Shown in pieces: positions 37,311-46,891 of a stretch of 64,000 nucleotides of DNA (positions within the stretch are counted from its first letter, which is position 1; each line of letters begins with the position of its first letter). The stretch spans positions 1,096 through 65,095 of the forward strand of contig CAZCSM010000007.1 of NCBI GenBank assembly GCA_964501355.1, written 5' to 3'. The notes under the pieces were generated by a model. The model searched no databases. It was not told the origin of the DNA and was given only the letters and a program-made list of their open reading frames with translations. Made by a program: the position numbers and the translations under genes. This DNA is from an uncultured Candidatus Saccharibacteria bacterium (GTDB lineage Bacteria > Patescibacteriota > Dojkabacteria > CAZCSM01).

Positions 37311-39320
37311 TTATTTCCACAAACTAAACTTTTTCGTCAAACTGTCAATCTTCTCCTTATCCCCGAACATTCCAATTGCATAATGCTGAAGATCATCAAC
37401 ATCCTTATCAGCTAAAACTTCTGCAATATCTTCATCCTTTTGAACTTCCAAATGTTCTTTCAGAAATTCGTAAAACATTAAATCTGATTCCTTCAATTGT
37501 TCCCGAAGATGTGCAAATTGTCCGGGTTTTGCGGAAAGAACAACGACAGGATATTGGCAAGAACGATCAAAACTTTCACCATCTTCCGTTTCAAACTCAG
37601 GCCCAGAGAAAAAGTTCTCATCAATCTTGTGGCCCAAGTATGCAGAAACATGACCAATTGAATTTAGGACTTTCCAATTCTCCAATTCATTATTCACGAT
37701 AATAACAATCTTCTTTGACAAATCCTGTTTGAAAGAGTCCTCCTTATGTTCACTTTGTTCTTCAACTGAATCCTCTTCTACAGAGTGAATTCTTCTAACA
37801 TTCTTGGCCACACCTTCAAAACTATGATTTTCGGCTGTGAGCTGACCGCCGTCCGCTGATAGCTGATCCACAGGCTTCATTAATGGGAAAGCGATAACTT
37901 CTCGCAAAGTTCTTGAGCCGGTAATTAGTGCTGCAAATCTATCAATTCCAATTCCCGTTCCGGTTGCAGGAGGCATTCCGTATTCAAGAGCTTCTACATA
38001 ATCCCAATCGTTGCTCATAGCCTCTTCATCCCCCTCCTCCTTGTTTTTAATCTGACCCTCAAATCGCTCCCTCTGATCAATTGGATCATTAAGTTCCGTG
38101 TACGAGTTGCTCAACTCAAAACCATTAACAATTAGTTGGAACATTTCCGTATATCTTGAATCCTCTGATTTTTTTGCCAAAGGTTTCAATTCAATCGGAT
38201 AATTCAGAACAAATGTTGGTTGAATAATCTTTGGTCGAGTTGTAGCTTTGAATAATTCATCGATCAACTTTCCTCGTTCTGTCACACCTTCTGTGCTATA
38301 ACCACGTTTCTCCATTTCTGCGGCGAGAGTTTCTGCTGTTGGGAAATCGTTCAGGTCAATTCCTGAATGTTGCAGAACAATATCATGGAACATAACTTTT
38401 GGATATGGAGGAGTAAAATCAAGTTGATTATCGTCATGTTCGAATTGAAGAGTTCCAATAGAATTTTTTATTACATAGGGAATCATCTCTTCGTGCATTC
38501 GCATATTATCCTCATAATCAGCAAACGCCCAATAATATTCAAGCATGGTGAACTCAGGATTATGCTGACGATCAACTCCTTCATTTCGAAAAGCTCTGCC
38601 CATATCGAAAACTTTTTCGAATCCACCAACGAGAAGTCTTTTCTGCCATAACTCTCCTGCACAAATTCTCAAATGAACATCAAGATCATAAGCATTCAGG
38701 TGAGAATCAAAAGTCTTTGCCATAGCACCGGAAGAAACAGTTTCAAGAATCGGTGTTTCAACTTCTATAAAACCCTGATCTTGAAGAAATTCTCGAAGAT
38801 AACGTAAGACCTTTCCTCGAACAACAATCTTCTCCCGTTGATCTGGATTGATGTTAAAATCTAAATATCGTCTTCGGTATCTCGCTTCCTCATCTTTCAA
38901 ACCAAAGTGTTCATTTGGCAAAGGTCGAAGTGACTTTGTTAACAATTTCAGATCTTCAACCATGATGGAAATCTGTCCCGTTTTTGTTCGAACAATTTCT
39001 CCACTTGCCTGAATGAAATCACCAAGATCGAAGAGTTTTAAGTTATCGTAAAAGTTTTCGATGTTTTCCTGTTTAATAAAGAGTTGAATCTCCCCAGTCT
39101 CATCGGCAATATCCCAGAAGGTTATTACTCCATGACCTCGAAGACTTTTAATCCGTCCAACAACGAAAGCCGTTTGACCTTCTAGTTCATCAAATTTATT
39201 TAAAATATCCCCACAGGTATGAGTTCTTTTTGATCGAGCGGGAAAAGTTTCGATTTCAAGACTTTGTAATTTTTGAAGTTTTTCCAAACGAACTTGTCTA
39301 AATTCTTCTAATGTCGCCAT
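37311..39320 (-). CDS. lysS: Lysine--tRNA ligase (class II) with a C-terminal DUF2000-like domain
   Basis: OB-fold, YRRRYLD, FRNEGVDRQHNPEFT and YGMPPATGTGIGIDR; extra ~135 aa KKIVIIVNNELENWKVLNSIGH...LTKKFSLWK. Confidence 0.96.
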   Translation of the reverse strand: MATLEEFRQVRLEKLQKLQSLEIETFPARSKRTHTCGDILNKFDELEGQTAFVVGRIKSLRGHGVITFWDIADETGEIQLFIKQENIENFYDNLKLFDLGDFIQASGEIVRTKTGQISIMVEDLKLLTKSLRPLPNEHFGLKDEEARYRRRYLDFNINPDQREKIVVRGKVLRYLREFLQDQGFIEVETPILETVSSGAMAKTFDSHLNAYDLDVHLRICAGELWQKRLLVGGFEKVFDMGRAFRNEGVDRQHNPEFTMLEYYWAFADYEDNMRMHEEMIPYVIKNSIGTLQFEHDDNQLDFTPPYPKVMFHDIVLQHSGIDLNDFPTAETLAAEMEKRGYSTEGVTERGKLIDELFKATTRPKIIQPTFVLNYPIELKPLAKKSEDSRYTEMFQLIVNGFELSNSYTELNDPIDQRERFEGQIKNKEEGDEEAMSNDWDYVEALEYGMPPATGTGIGIDRFAALITGSRTLREVIAFPLMKPVDQLSADGGQLTAENHSFEGVAKNVRRIHSVEEDSVEEQSEHKEDSFKQDLSKKIVIIVNNELENWKVLNSIGHVSAYLGHKIDENFFSGPEFETEDGESFDRSCQYPVVVLSAKPGQFAHLREQLKESDLMFYEFLKEHLEVQKDEDIAEVLADKDVDDLQHYAIGMFGDKEKIDSLTKKFSLWK

Positions 39321-39380
39321 TTTGTTAAATAAAAAATAAAGTTTTAAAGTTATTGTTTCTAAATATACTCTTTTCCCTTT

Positions 39381-39558
39381 GTTATCTGTATTCGGTTGTT
39401 AGTCATTGAAGTCTGAAACAAGCCATTCCGGTAGTTATATGTATTTGATTGCTATTTGTCGGAACTAATTCTCCTCTCTGTCACTTCGTGACATCTCTCC
39501 TCCATAGGAGGAAAGTCTTGTTTCAGGAATTTTGGTTACTTTTGTTCCCAAAAGTAAC
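39381..39558. repeat. Structured intergenic element, family A copy 2 (with a nested insertion)
   Basis: ctgaaacaag/cttgtttcag stem and gttacttttg-ttcc-caaaagtaac hairpin; ~45 nt extra sequence inside the loop. Confidence 0.8.
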
Positions 39559-39577
39559 ACCATATATTAAAATTCCT

Positions 39578-39619
39578 GGATCCCGGATCACGCTCACAAG
39601 TTCGCTGTCCGGGATGACA
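39578..39619. repeat. TGACA-ended palindrome
   Basis: ggatcccgga...tccgggatgaca. Confidence 0.65.
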
Positions 39620-39625
39620 CCGCCC

Positions 39626-40141
39626 TTACTTAAGAATCTTCAGTAACACATTCTCATCAAAATATTCCACTGCCCTATTCCAGCCCTCTGCAGTTGGTGC
39701 CCAAGGGATAAGCTTTTCAATATCACTAATTGGCACTGCCTTTACGAATTTGATAACAGGCGTATCGTCATCCTCATCCTCATGTGGCTCCAAAGTTAAT
39801 TCCGCTGCCAATTTATCTAAAACAATCACATATCTCTCCTGCAAAAACTTCTCTTCAGGAAACTTAATCAAGTAATAACCTAATTTTGCAACACAATCTA
39901 AATTATCTTCAATATCAATGCCCGTTTCCTCATAAACTTCACGCAAAAGAGTTTCCTGCCAGGATTCCGTACCATTCGGGTGGCCTCCCGGAAAATGCCA
40001 ATCTTCATTATTTTTAGAAACAATCACAATATGTTTATCCTTTGTAAAAAGGAAACAATATCTTTGTCGAATTTTAATATCTGAATGTTCCTCTAAAACA
40101 TTTTCCGAACAATCAAACCAGGTTCTGGTAAACTCTGCCAT
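39626..40141 (-). CDS. NUDIX hydrolase
   Basis: Nudix box PGGHPNGTESWQETLLREVYEETGI. Confidence 0.9.
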   Translation of the reverse strand: MAEFTRTWFDCSENVLEEHSDIKIRQRYCFLFTKDKHIVIVSKNNEDWHFPGGHPNGTESWQETLLREVYEETGIDIEDNLDCVAKLGYYLIKFPEEKFLQERYVIVLDKLAAELTLEPHEDEDDDTPVIKFVKAVPISDIEKLIPWAPTAEGWNRAVEYFDENVLLKILK

Positions 40142-40162
40142 CGTTTGAAAACTTATTTAACA

Positions 40163-40672
40163 AACCCCACTGACTCGCAATGCTCGTCTTCCCCCCTTGA
40201 GCTCAAGGGGAGATTGAGAGGGGTTTGACTTAAAATGCAAAAATCGCCCCCATTTAGTTTCCATCATTATTATAATAGAAACTAAACAAGGACGATAGTA
40301 TTAATTGTGTCATCTCGAATTTATTTCGGGATCTCGTGAGCAAACATCAGACGGGATCCTGAAACGAGTTCAGGATGACAGTACCGCGGTACCACCTTAT
40401 TTCAAAATATTATTACTAATATTTCCTCTGCTCCTAAGGGAGAAATTCCAAATTCAAAATTTCAAATCCCAAACAATCTCCAATTCGCAAAACATTAATT
40501 ATCTAAATGCCTCCTAATTTAGCTAGGTTCTTGTTTGGAAATTGGTGCTTAGTATTTTGAATTTACTCCGCAGGAGTCCTTGCTCTATAACGGGAGTTCC
40601 CGACTAGTTCTACTTGAATTTGTCATCCTCGACCTGATCGGGGATCTAGATTCCCGTCTCCGCGGAAATGAC
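40163..40672. repeat. Intergenic patch of mixed repeats
   Basis: ccccttgagctcaagggg hairpin near 40192-40210, TGTCA pairs at 40308-40380 and 40621-40672, and aaattcc-aaattca-aaatttc-aaatccc heptamers from 40443. Confidence 0.7.
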
Positions 40673-40792
40673 TCCATTCTTTCTTCTAGCAGCTTGAAAG
40701 TTCTTAATCTGATTTCTGTTGAAAGCTTTCAGCAATCTTTCTTGCTATTTTCGAAATCAAAAATTCTTCCTTAAAACGCTTTTATTAATATT

Positions 40793-41257
40793 CTATTTGC
40801 AACGAATTGAAACAACTTCAATTTCTTGTTCGCCACCATCAGGTCGAACAATATAAACAGTCTCACCTTTCTTCGCTCCAAGCAAAGCTTGTCCAAGAGG
40901 TGATTCATACGAGATTCTACCTTCTTTTGGATCCGTTTCGCTAGCACCGACAAGTCGCAATTCCTTTTCCCCCATTCCCATATTTACAGTAACCCAAGCA
41001 CCCAGAGTAACGTAATCAGTATTGCAGATGTTTTCATCAATCAGTTCAGCCTTTTCCAGAATCATTTCAATTTCCTCAATTCGTCCTTGAACTTCGTCTC
41101 GTTCTTGCATTGCCTCAGCATAGGTGGCATCTTCCATCTGATCCTTCATGGTGCTATCTGCCAGCTTATCTGCAATCTTTCCCGTAAGAATAGAATTAAG
41201 TTCTTCTAATTCCTTTTTCAACTCTGATTTATGTTCTTTTGTTATGTATGTTCCCAT
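40793..41257 (-). CDS. GreA/GreB-family paralog with a divergent coiled-coil tip
   Basis: YIT...ELEEL coiled coil and a C-terminal ISYESPLGQALLG domain; tip reads STMKDQMEDATY instead of GDLSENAEY. Confidence 0.85.
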   Translation of the reverse strand: MGTYITKEHKSELKKELEELNSILTGKIADKLADSTMKDQMEDATYAEAMQERDEVQGRIEEIEMILEKAELIDENICNTDYVTLGAWVTVNMGMGEKELRLVGASETDPKEGRISYESPLGQALLGAKKGETVYIVRPDGGEQEIEVVSIRCK

Positions 41258-41317
41258 TTTATTTTTTATGAATTAACCTACAAGTCTAACGTGACCTTCG
41301 ATATATCATTACATATT

Positions 41318-41779
41318 TTAGTCAACCTTAACGACTCGAAAAATGCGATCTCCGGTAGGAAGTGTTATCGTTACGTCCTCTCCTGGCTTCTTTCCCATAA
41401 GAGCAGAACCGATTGGAGATTCGTTTGAAATTCTCCCGCCAATTGGATCCGCTTCCATTGCACCAACTACTTCATAGACAGTTTCCTTCCCTGCAATTGA
41501 AACGGTAACTTTGCTGCCTAATGAAACTTCACCATTTGAAGATTTTTCAATAATTTCTGCTCGAGAAATCATATCTTCAAGATCTCTGATTAACTTTTCA
41601 TTTAGAGTTCGATCTTCAAGAGCTGCCTTGTATGCAGCATTTTCGGACAAATCTCCCATTCGGCGAGCATCCTCAATTGCATCTGCAATTTTAGTTCGAA
41701 CAGTAGTTAAACGTTCTTGTAATTCTTGTTTTAATTTTTCCAACCCAATTCGGGTTAATTGTAATTTTGTATCTTTCAT
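41318..41779 (-). CDS. greA: Transcription elongation factor GreA
   Basis: ARRMGDLSENAAY and ISNESPIGSALMGK. Confidence 0.95.
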   Translation of the reverse strand: MKDTKLQLTRIGLEKLKQELQERLTTVRTKIADAIEDARRMGDLSENAAYKAALEDRTLNEKLIRDLEDMISRAEIIEKSSNGEVSLGSKVTVSIAGKETVYEVVGAMEADPIGGRISNESPIGSALMGKKPGEDVTITLPTGDRIFRVVKVD

Positions 41780-41807
41780 TTTTTAATATCTAAATTTATA
41801 AAGGCAA

Positions 41808-41875
41808 ATAAAAAACCTATTTCATTGAGCACATCAATAAATCTTACGATTTCTGGTTGCTCGATGAAATAGGTT
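41808..41875 (-). terminator. Terminator-like hairpin in the greA leader
   Basis: Minus strand aacctatttcatcgagca...tgctcaatgaaataggtt followed by a T-run, ~30 nt before the greA ATG. Confidence 0.55.
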
Positions 41876-42279
41876 ATCTAATCATAAACAAACCAGACAC
41901 TCTTAGGTGCTTTGGTTGCTTGCAGAGCGTATTCAGTTTTCTGCTAGTTGGCAAACGCATTGTCTGGCTGTTCTATGTATATTACTAAATATATTGAACA
42001 TAATAATTAACGAAGTCGATAATACAGTTATGAAATTTAAAAGTCAAGCATGGTTATTCAAACGAACTGTATCCCAACCCATGACGCAAAATCACACGAG
42101 TGTGTATATTAAAGGGTGAATATTAAATAAAAGTAAACTGGATTATATCAAGACAAATGAACCTGATTAACTGAGACTTCACATTGCCACTTGTGCAATT
42201 TCAAAACTGAAGTTTTTCTTTTTCTTTTTATCTTTCCTTGTGCTATATTTAAATTAATCAGTTGTCATAAACCGTAATT

Positions 42280-43047
42280 ATGAAAAAACAAGGACTTCAA
42301 CTTCATCAAGTTTTAGGAATAATTGCAATCCTAGCTGTGCTTGGACTAACCGTCTACATTGCTATTCAGAGAACGCAGCTTCTTTCTGAAGCAGGTGCGT
42401 CAGAAGATCCCAAATTCATTAACGTACTGAATGAGAATGCTGATGGTTTCACTATTGGCTGGGTAACGACAAAAAGCACTCAAGGAGCAATTCTTCTACC
42501 GGAAGAAGGACTAACATTTGTTGAAAAAGAAGAAAAAAGCAAAACACATTTAATTGAAATTACCGGTTTAGAAGCGGGAAAAAGATATGCTTTTCAAGTT
42601 TTATCTGGAACCATACTTGATGATAATGCCGGAGTTAATTATGAAGCATTCACAACAAAATACCAATTCCCGGTTGAAAATAAATTGCTTTTTGGAAGAA
42701 TATTTGGCAAAGACAGCGTTACACCATTATCAGATGGTTATGTAACAATCCATGCCGAAGTGAATGGTGTTACCACGAACAAGATTTATTCTCAACTAAA
42801 TGAGCAAGGTGGTTGGCAACTCGATTACTCCCTACTCCTGAGTAAAACACTTACGCAAAGGTTTGATGTTACGCAAAAAGCATTGGTAACATTGTCCATT
42901 TATTCGCCGGAGATTACAGATCCGGTTACTCGAAGCTACGATATTAAGCTTAGTGAAACACTGCAAATCACTGATATTTTCCTAGGAGAAGACGTTCCTT
43001 GGGAGTTACCAGCAATTGAGGATGAGAGCATACAAGTACAGCCATGA
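42280..43047 (+). CDS. Membrane-anchored FN3 / purple-acid-phosphatase-N-like domain protein
   Basis: N-terminal TM; FTIGWVTT...THLIEITGLEAGKRY. Confidence 0.72.
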   Translation: MKKQGLQLHQVLGIIAILAVLGLTVYIAIQRTQLLSEAGASEDPKFINVLNENADGFTIGWVTTKSTQGAILLPEEGLTFVEKEEKSKTHLIEITGLEAGKRYAFQVLSGTILDDNAGVNYEAFTTKYQFPVENKLLFGRIFGKDSVTPLSDGYVTIHAEVNGVTTNKIYSQLNEQGGWQLDYSLLLSKTLTQRFDVTQKALVTLSIYSPEITDPVTRSYDIKLSETLQITDIFLGEDVPWELPAIEDESIQVQP

Positions 43048-43706
43048 GACTTGAGCTTAGCTCGAAAAAGCTAGATGGAAATCCGTTCTTCAGCACAAGA
43101 AAAGTAATTCTTTTTTCTACCATTCTATTCATATCCATAACAATCGGATATTTTATCATCCCTCAGATTCTGGAAAATCCATCGTCGAATGAGGAAGATA
43201 TTGTTTTCCCCCTACTCTCAGAAATAACCGTTGAAAGCGAAGAAACCCTAGAAGAGGCTTTCCCTAACGAATATGAGGTCAAACTCCTTGATGATTGGTT
43301 GCCATTAATTCCAAGCGCACTGGATGAAACCGAGTGGATTATCGTGGTTGACAGATCGGAGCAAAAAGATTACGTTTTTCAAAACAGGAAGTTTGTAAAA
43401 AGCTACATTGTATCCACAGGATCAGCAACAAGATATGAATATGATGCAACACTACCACTCGGTGTATGGAGAGTCGGAACCAAATACGATTACAGCCTAG
43501 GAGAAATCTACGGCCCAAGACTTATGTACCTAGAAATTTGGAGAGGAAGTTTTTTTGAGAAAACGCTGAAAGCTCTGCACGGAACTAACGAGCCGGAGAA
43601 TTTAGGACAGGCGACATCAATGGGTTGCGTCTATCATTCGAACGAGGATATAATCGAGCTATTCGATTTGATTCCGGAGGGAACATTAGTAATAACTGTT
43701 GAATAA
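43044..43706 (+). CDS. L,D-transpeptidase (YkuD family)
   Basis: IVVDRSEQ, VSTG and ALHGT...ATSMGCV (HxxxSxGC); N-terminal TM. Confidence 0.9.
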   Translation: MRLELSSKKLDGNPFFSTRKVILFSTILFISITIGYFIIPQILENPSSNEEDIVFPLLSEITVESEETLEEAFPNEYEVKLLDDWLPLIPSALDETEWIIVVDRSEQKDYVFQNRKFVKSYIVSTGSATRYEYDATLPLGVWRVGTKYDYSLGEIYGPRLMYLEIWRGSFFEKTLKALHGTNEPENLGQATSMGCVYHSNEDIIELFDLIPEGTLVITVE

Positions 43707-43745
43707 CAGTTTCAAATCCTGTAAAATACGAACGCAACTGAATAT

Positions 43746-43822
43746 GGCCCCTTCGTCTAGCGGTCTAGGACATCGCCTTCTCAAGGCGGGAATCGCGGGT
43801 TCAAATCCCGCAGGGGTCACCA
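43746..43822 (+). tRNA. tRNA-Glu (anticodon CTC)
   Basis: GGCCCCT/AGGGGTC acceptor stem, anticodon loop TT-CTC-AA, GGTTCAAATCC T-arm and encoded CCA. Confidence 0.95.
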
Positions 43823-43832
43823 TGAAGTTCCC

Positions 43833-43861
43833 AATCCACATGAAGTGGATTTTTTGTTTTT
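43833..43861 (+). terminator. Intrinsic terminator after the tRNA
   Basis: aatccac-atgaa-gtggatt followed by a T-run. Confidence 0.6.
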
Positions 43862-43911
43862 ATCGTCATATCTACGCAAATCCTATAATACGTGACTTTA
43901 TCTTTTTTTAA

Positions 43912-44290
43912 TGTTATAATCATCCCACAATTATTCAGAGTAGATCCAAGTGGATATACAAGTACATTAATCTCATTGATTAATTATTCAGACATCGAAG
44001 TACGCTGTAGCAGATGAAAATGCTACGAAAGACGGTACTTCCAGTGCCGAGAGCGTACTTAATTATTCCCCAGAAGAGACAAATTTTAATTATTTCTCGG
44101 ACATCTATTTTGCATAACCCGGTAGATTATCGGGAGATAGAATTGTGCATTAATGCACAAATTGATTCTTAAGTTTTGAAAATTATAAACTAAGGGATCA
44201 CTTCTATCCTTGTCCGTCGTAGCAAACAAACTAGACTTTCAAAGAGTTTGCGAAGACGGATTAAATTACGTTTATAAAAAAAACAAAACA
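43912..44290 (+). promoter_or_regulatory. Extended -10 promoter and long structured leader of the DEAD-box helicase gene
   Basis: tgttataat at 43912-43920, followed by a series of hairpins including a three-way junction closed by aagtacgct/agcgtactt. Confidence 0.5.
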
Positions 44291-45577
44291 ATGGAAACAA
44301 AAAACACGAACACAAAACAATATTCGCCAAGATCCGGTAGTTCACGATCGGGAGGTTTCAGAAGATCCGGAAACGGAGGATCTGGAAGATCCTATGGAGG
44401 AGGACGATCCTTTGGCGGAGGCAGATCTAGATTTCAAGGACGAAGAGGCGGCGGCAGATCAAATCGATTCGGCGGCGCAAAAATCAACCCTGAAAGATAT
44501 ATTGCGAAAGCTATAGAATCAGACGCTCCAGAAATGTATGTTTCAAGTTATGGATATAATGACTTGGACTTACATGAATCTTTGAAACAGAACATCATAA
44601 GACGTTACAAGAACCCAACAAAAATTCAGGACCAGGCAATTCCTCATATTATTGCAGGAAAAGATATCCTTGGTCTTGCAAGTACAGGTTCTGGCAAAAC
44701 AGCAGCTTTCTTAATTCCTTTGATTAACAAGGTTTTAAGAGGTGAACAACAGAGATGTTTGACAATTGTCCCAACAAGAGATCTTGCATTCCAAATTCAA
44801 GAAGAATTTAACAAGTTTGTTGTAGGAACTAGACTTGAATCTACACTTGTCATTGGTGGAGCAAGCATGGGTAAACAAATCAGCCAATTAAGACGAAGAC
44901 CACAATTTATCTTCGGAACACCTGGACGATTAAAGGATTTAACTAATAGAAACGTTTTGCAACTTAACTACTTCAACAACATTGTTCTTGATGAGGTCGA
45001 TAGAATGCTAGATATGGGATTCATTGAAGATATTCGATTCTTAATTTCAAAAATGAACCAACAGAAGCAATCTATGTTCTTCTCTGCAACAATGACGAGA
45101 CAAGCAGAAGATATTGCAAATACACTTCTTGTAGATCCTGTCAGAGTACAAGTCGCAATACAGTCTCCAGGAAAAAATGTTGACCAGGATATTATTAGAG
45201 TGAAATCTGAAAACGAGAAAGTTGAAAAGCTTCACGACCTGTTAATCCAAGACGGTGTAAATAAAGTTTTGGTTTTCACAAGAACTAAACGTGGAGCTGA
45301 CAGAGTTAACTATGATTTGCAAGACCGAGGATTCAAAGTTTCCGCAATTCATGGAGATAAAACTCAATCAAAAAGAAAAAGAGTTATTGAAGACTTCCAA
45401 AATAGCAGAATCCAAGTTCTCGTTGCAACGGATGTTGCATCAAGAGGTCTTGATATCAAAGATATTACACATGTTGTAAACTATGATGAGCCAGCAACAT
45501 ATGAAGATTACATTCATAGAATCGGAAGAACTGGAAGAATTGGAAAAAAGGGCGTTGCGCTAACGTTTGTGAAGTAA
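44291..45577 (+). CDS. DEAD-box RNA helicase with an N-terminal RG/RGG-rich extension
   Basis: Q motif, ASTGSGKT, PTRDLA, DEVD, SAT and HRIGRTGR; the ATG at 44291 is preferred over the TTG at 44210. Confidence 0.95.
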   Translation: METKNTNTKQYSPRSGSSRSGGFRRSGNGGSGRSYGGGRSFGGGRSRFQGRRGGGRSNRFGGAKINPERYIAKAIESDAPEMYVSSYGYNDLDLHESLKQNIIRRYKNPTKIQDQAIPHIIAGKDILGLASTGSGKTAAFLIPLINKVLRGEQQRCLTIVPTRDLAFQIQEEFNKFVVGTRLESTLVIGGASMGKQISQLRRRPQFIFGTPGRLKDLTNRNVLQLNYFNNIVLDEVDRMLDMGFIEDIRFLISKMNQQKQSMFFSATMTRQAEDIANTLLVDPVRVQVAIQSPGKNVDQDIIRVKSENEKVEKLHDLLIQDGVNKVLVFTRTKRGADRVNYDLQDRGFKVSAIHGDKTQSKRKRVIEDFQNSRIQVLVATDVASRGLDIKDITHVVNYDEPATYEDYIHRIGRTGRIGKKGVALTFVK

Positions 45578-45583
45578 ATTCCT

Positions 45584-45611
45584 GTAGGGACAACCCTAGA
45601 GTTGTCCCTAC
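45584..45611. repeat. GTAG-type REP-like palindrome
   Basis: gtagggacaaccctagagttgtccctac; one mismatch to 10877-10904. Confidence 0.8.
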
Positions 45612-45618
45612 CATTTAT

Positions 45619-45645
45619 AATCCCAACGCAAGTTGGGATTTTTTA
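45619..45645 (+). terminator. Intrinsic terminator after the helicase gene
   Basis: atcccaac-gcaa-gttgggat followed by a T-run. Confidence 0.7.
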
Positions 45646-45681
45646 TTGTATAATTTGTTCTGTAATTGAATTCATACGAAA

Positions 45682-46299
45682 ATGCTAACCATATACCTCG
45701 CAAGGCACGGACAAGATGAAGATAACGCTAACGGTATTCTGAATGGGCAAAGGGACAATCCGTTAACAAAAATTGGCAGAGAGCAGGCAGCTGCACTTGC
45801 AAGAAAGATTAAAGAGCTAAATACCAAATTCACAAAAATTTATTCCTCGCCGTTAAAGCGCGCATTTGAAACCGCAATGATTATTAGCGAGAAGATCAAT
45901 GCACCGAGACCGGAGATTATTGATGATCTAATCGAAAGAGATTTCGGTATCATGACAGGAAAACCGATATCTTCTATCGAGGAGGCTTGTAAACCAGATA
46001 TTCTCATTACCGATACCATTATATATTTTCTAAACGCGAAAGGAGCAGAAACATATCCCGCATTATTAGAAAGAGCAAAAAAGTTTATAGACTTTATTAA
46101 TAATCAAAAACTCGAGGGAGATATTCTTATCATAACTCACGGTGATATGGGGAAGTTACTTTACGCTGCATACTACAAACTTCCCTGGAAAGAAGTTTTG
46201 AAGATGTTTCACTTTGGGAATTCAGATTTAATAAAGCTTTCTCAAGACACGAAACCCCAAGATGCACACGTGTTTGAGAATAGACAATATAATCTTTAA
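45682..46299 (+). CDS. Histidine phosphatase (phosphoglycerate mutase-like) family
   Basis: LARHGQ, SSPLKRA, ERDFG and ITHG. Confidence 0.92.
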   Translation: MLTIYLARHGQDEDNANGILNGQRDNPLTKIGREQAAALARKIKELNTKFTKIYSSPLKRAFETAMIISEKINAPRPEIIDDLIERDFGIMTGKPISSIEEACKPDILITDTIIYFLNAKGAETYPALLERAKKFIDFINNQKLEGDILIITHGDMGKLLYAAYYKLPWKEVLKMFHFGNSDLIKLSQDTKPQDAHVFENRQYNL

Positions 46300-46302
46300 T
46301 TT

Positions 46303-46776
46303 CTATACCTTTGCAAAGGCCACAACGTAATTCTTTCCATATTTTTTTGCACACTTGGGGCAAGTCGTGTAGTAGAAATATAAGTCCTGCATTTGCCTTC
46401 CCTTCGACGACACATATTTTTCAACCTCTTCAACCCACTTCGGAGCGTCACTAAAAGGACCTTCGAAAACTCTTGTTAAGAACGTTCCGCTTATCTTTAC
46501 GTTTTCCATATTCGGAACTTCTTTACTAACAGTCATATATTGTTCAGTTCTCCACGGCGTTGGATCCTTTGATAATAATAGAAATTGTTCCGTCGGTAAC
46601 TCCGCTCCCGCTGATTTTACCTTTTCCCACATTCGACCGATTACCTGTCCTATATTTAGAGGAATGTGAAATAACGCCATAACATTATCTTTCACAAATA
46701 ACTTGTCTTTCCAAACGACTTCTTTTTCATCCCAAGGCTCAGGATTGAATTTGGGGCAACAAACTTCTTCGTTCAT
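46303..46776 (-). CDS. Conserved GyrI-like fold protein
   Basis: CCPKFNPEPWD N-terminus, VFEGPF and YYTTCPKCAKKYGKNYVV. Confidence 0.75.
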   Translation of the reverse strand: MNEEVCCPKFNPEPWDEKEVVWKDKLFVKDNVMALFHIPLNIGQVIGRMWEKVKSAGAELPTEQFLLLSKDPTPWRTEQYMTVSKEVPNMENVKISGTFLTRVFEGPFSDAPKWVEEVEKYVSSKGRQMQDLYFYYTTCPKCAKKYGKNYVVAFAKV

Positions 46777-46891
46777 TTGTTTCGTATTAAATTAAACTAA
46801 ATCAATAATATACAAATATTCTATTAACGTGCAGTAAAAATTGCAAGGGTTTTGCAGGGACACTCCGCTAGCTGAGTGTCCCGGCCGTTTT

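Noticed and set aside
43746-43900. tRNA-Glu as an integration site of a genomic island
   Set aside because: No duplicate of the tRNA 3' end and no integrase seen in the window.
43998-44060. Hammerhead ribozyme (GATGA...GAAA in a three-way junction)
   Set aside because: The core reads CAGAUGA inside a hairpin loop, and the stem arrangement does not fit the CUGAnGA/GAAA topology.
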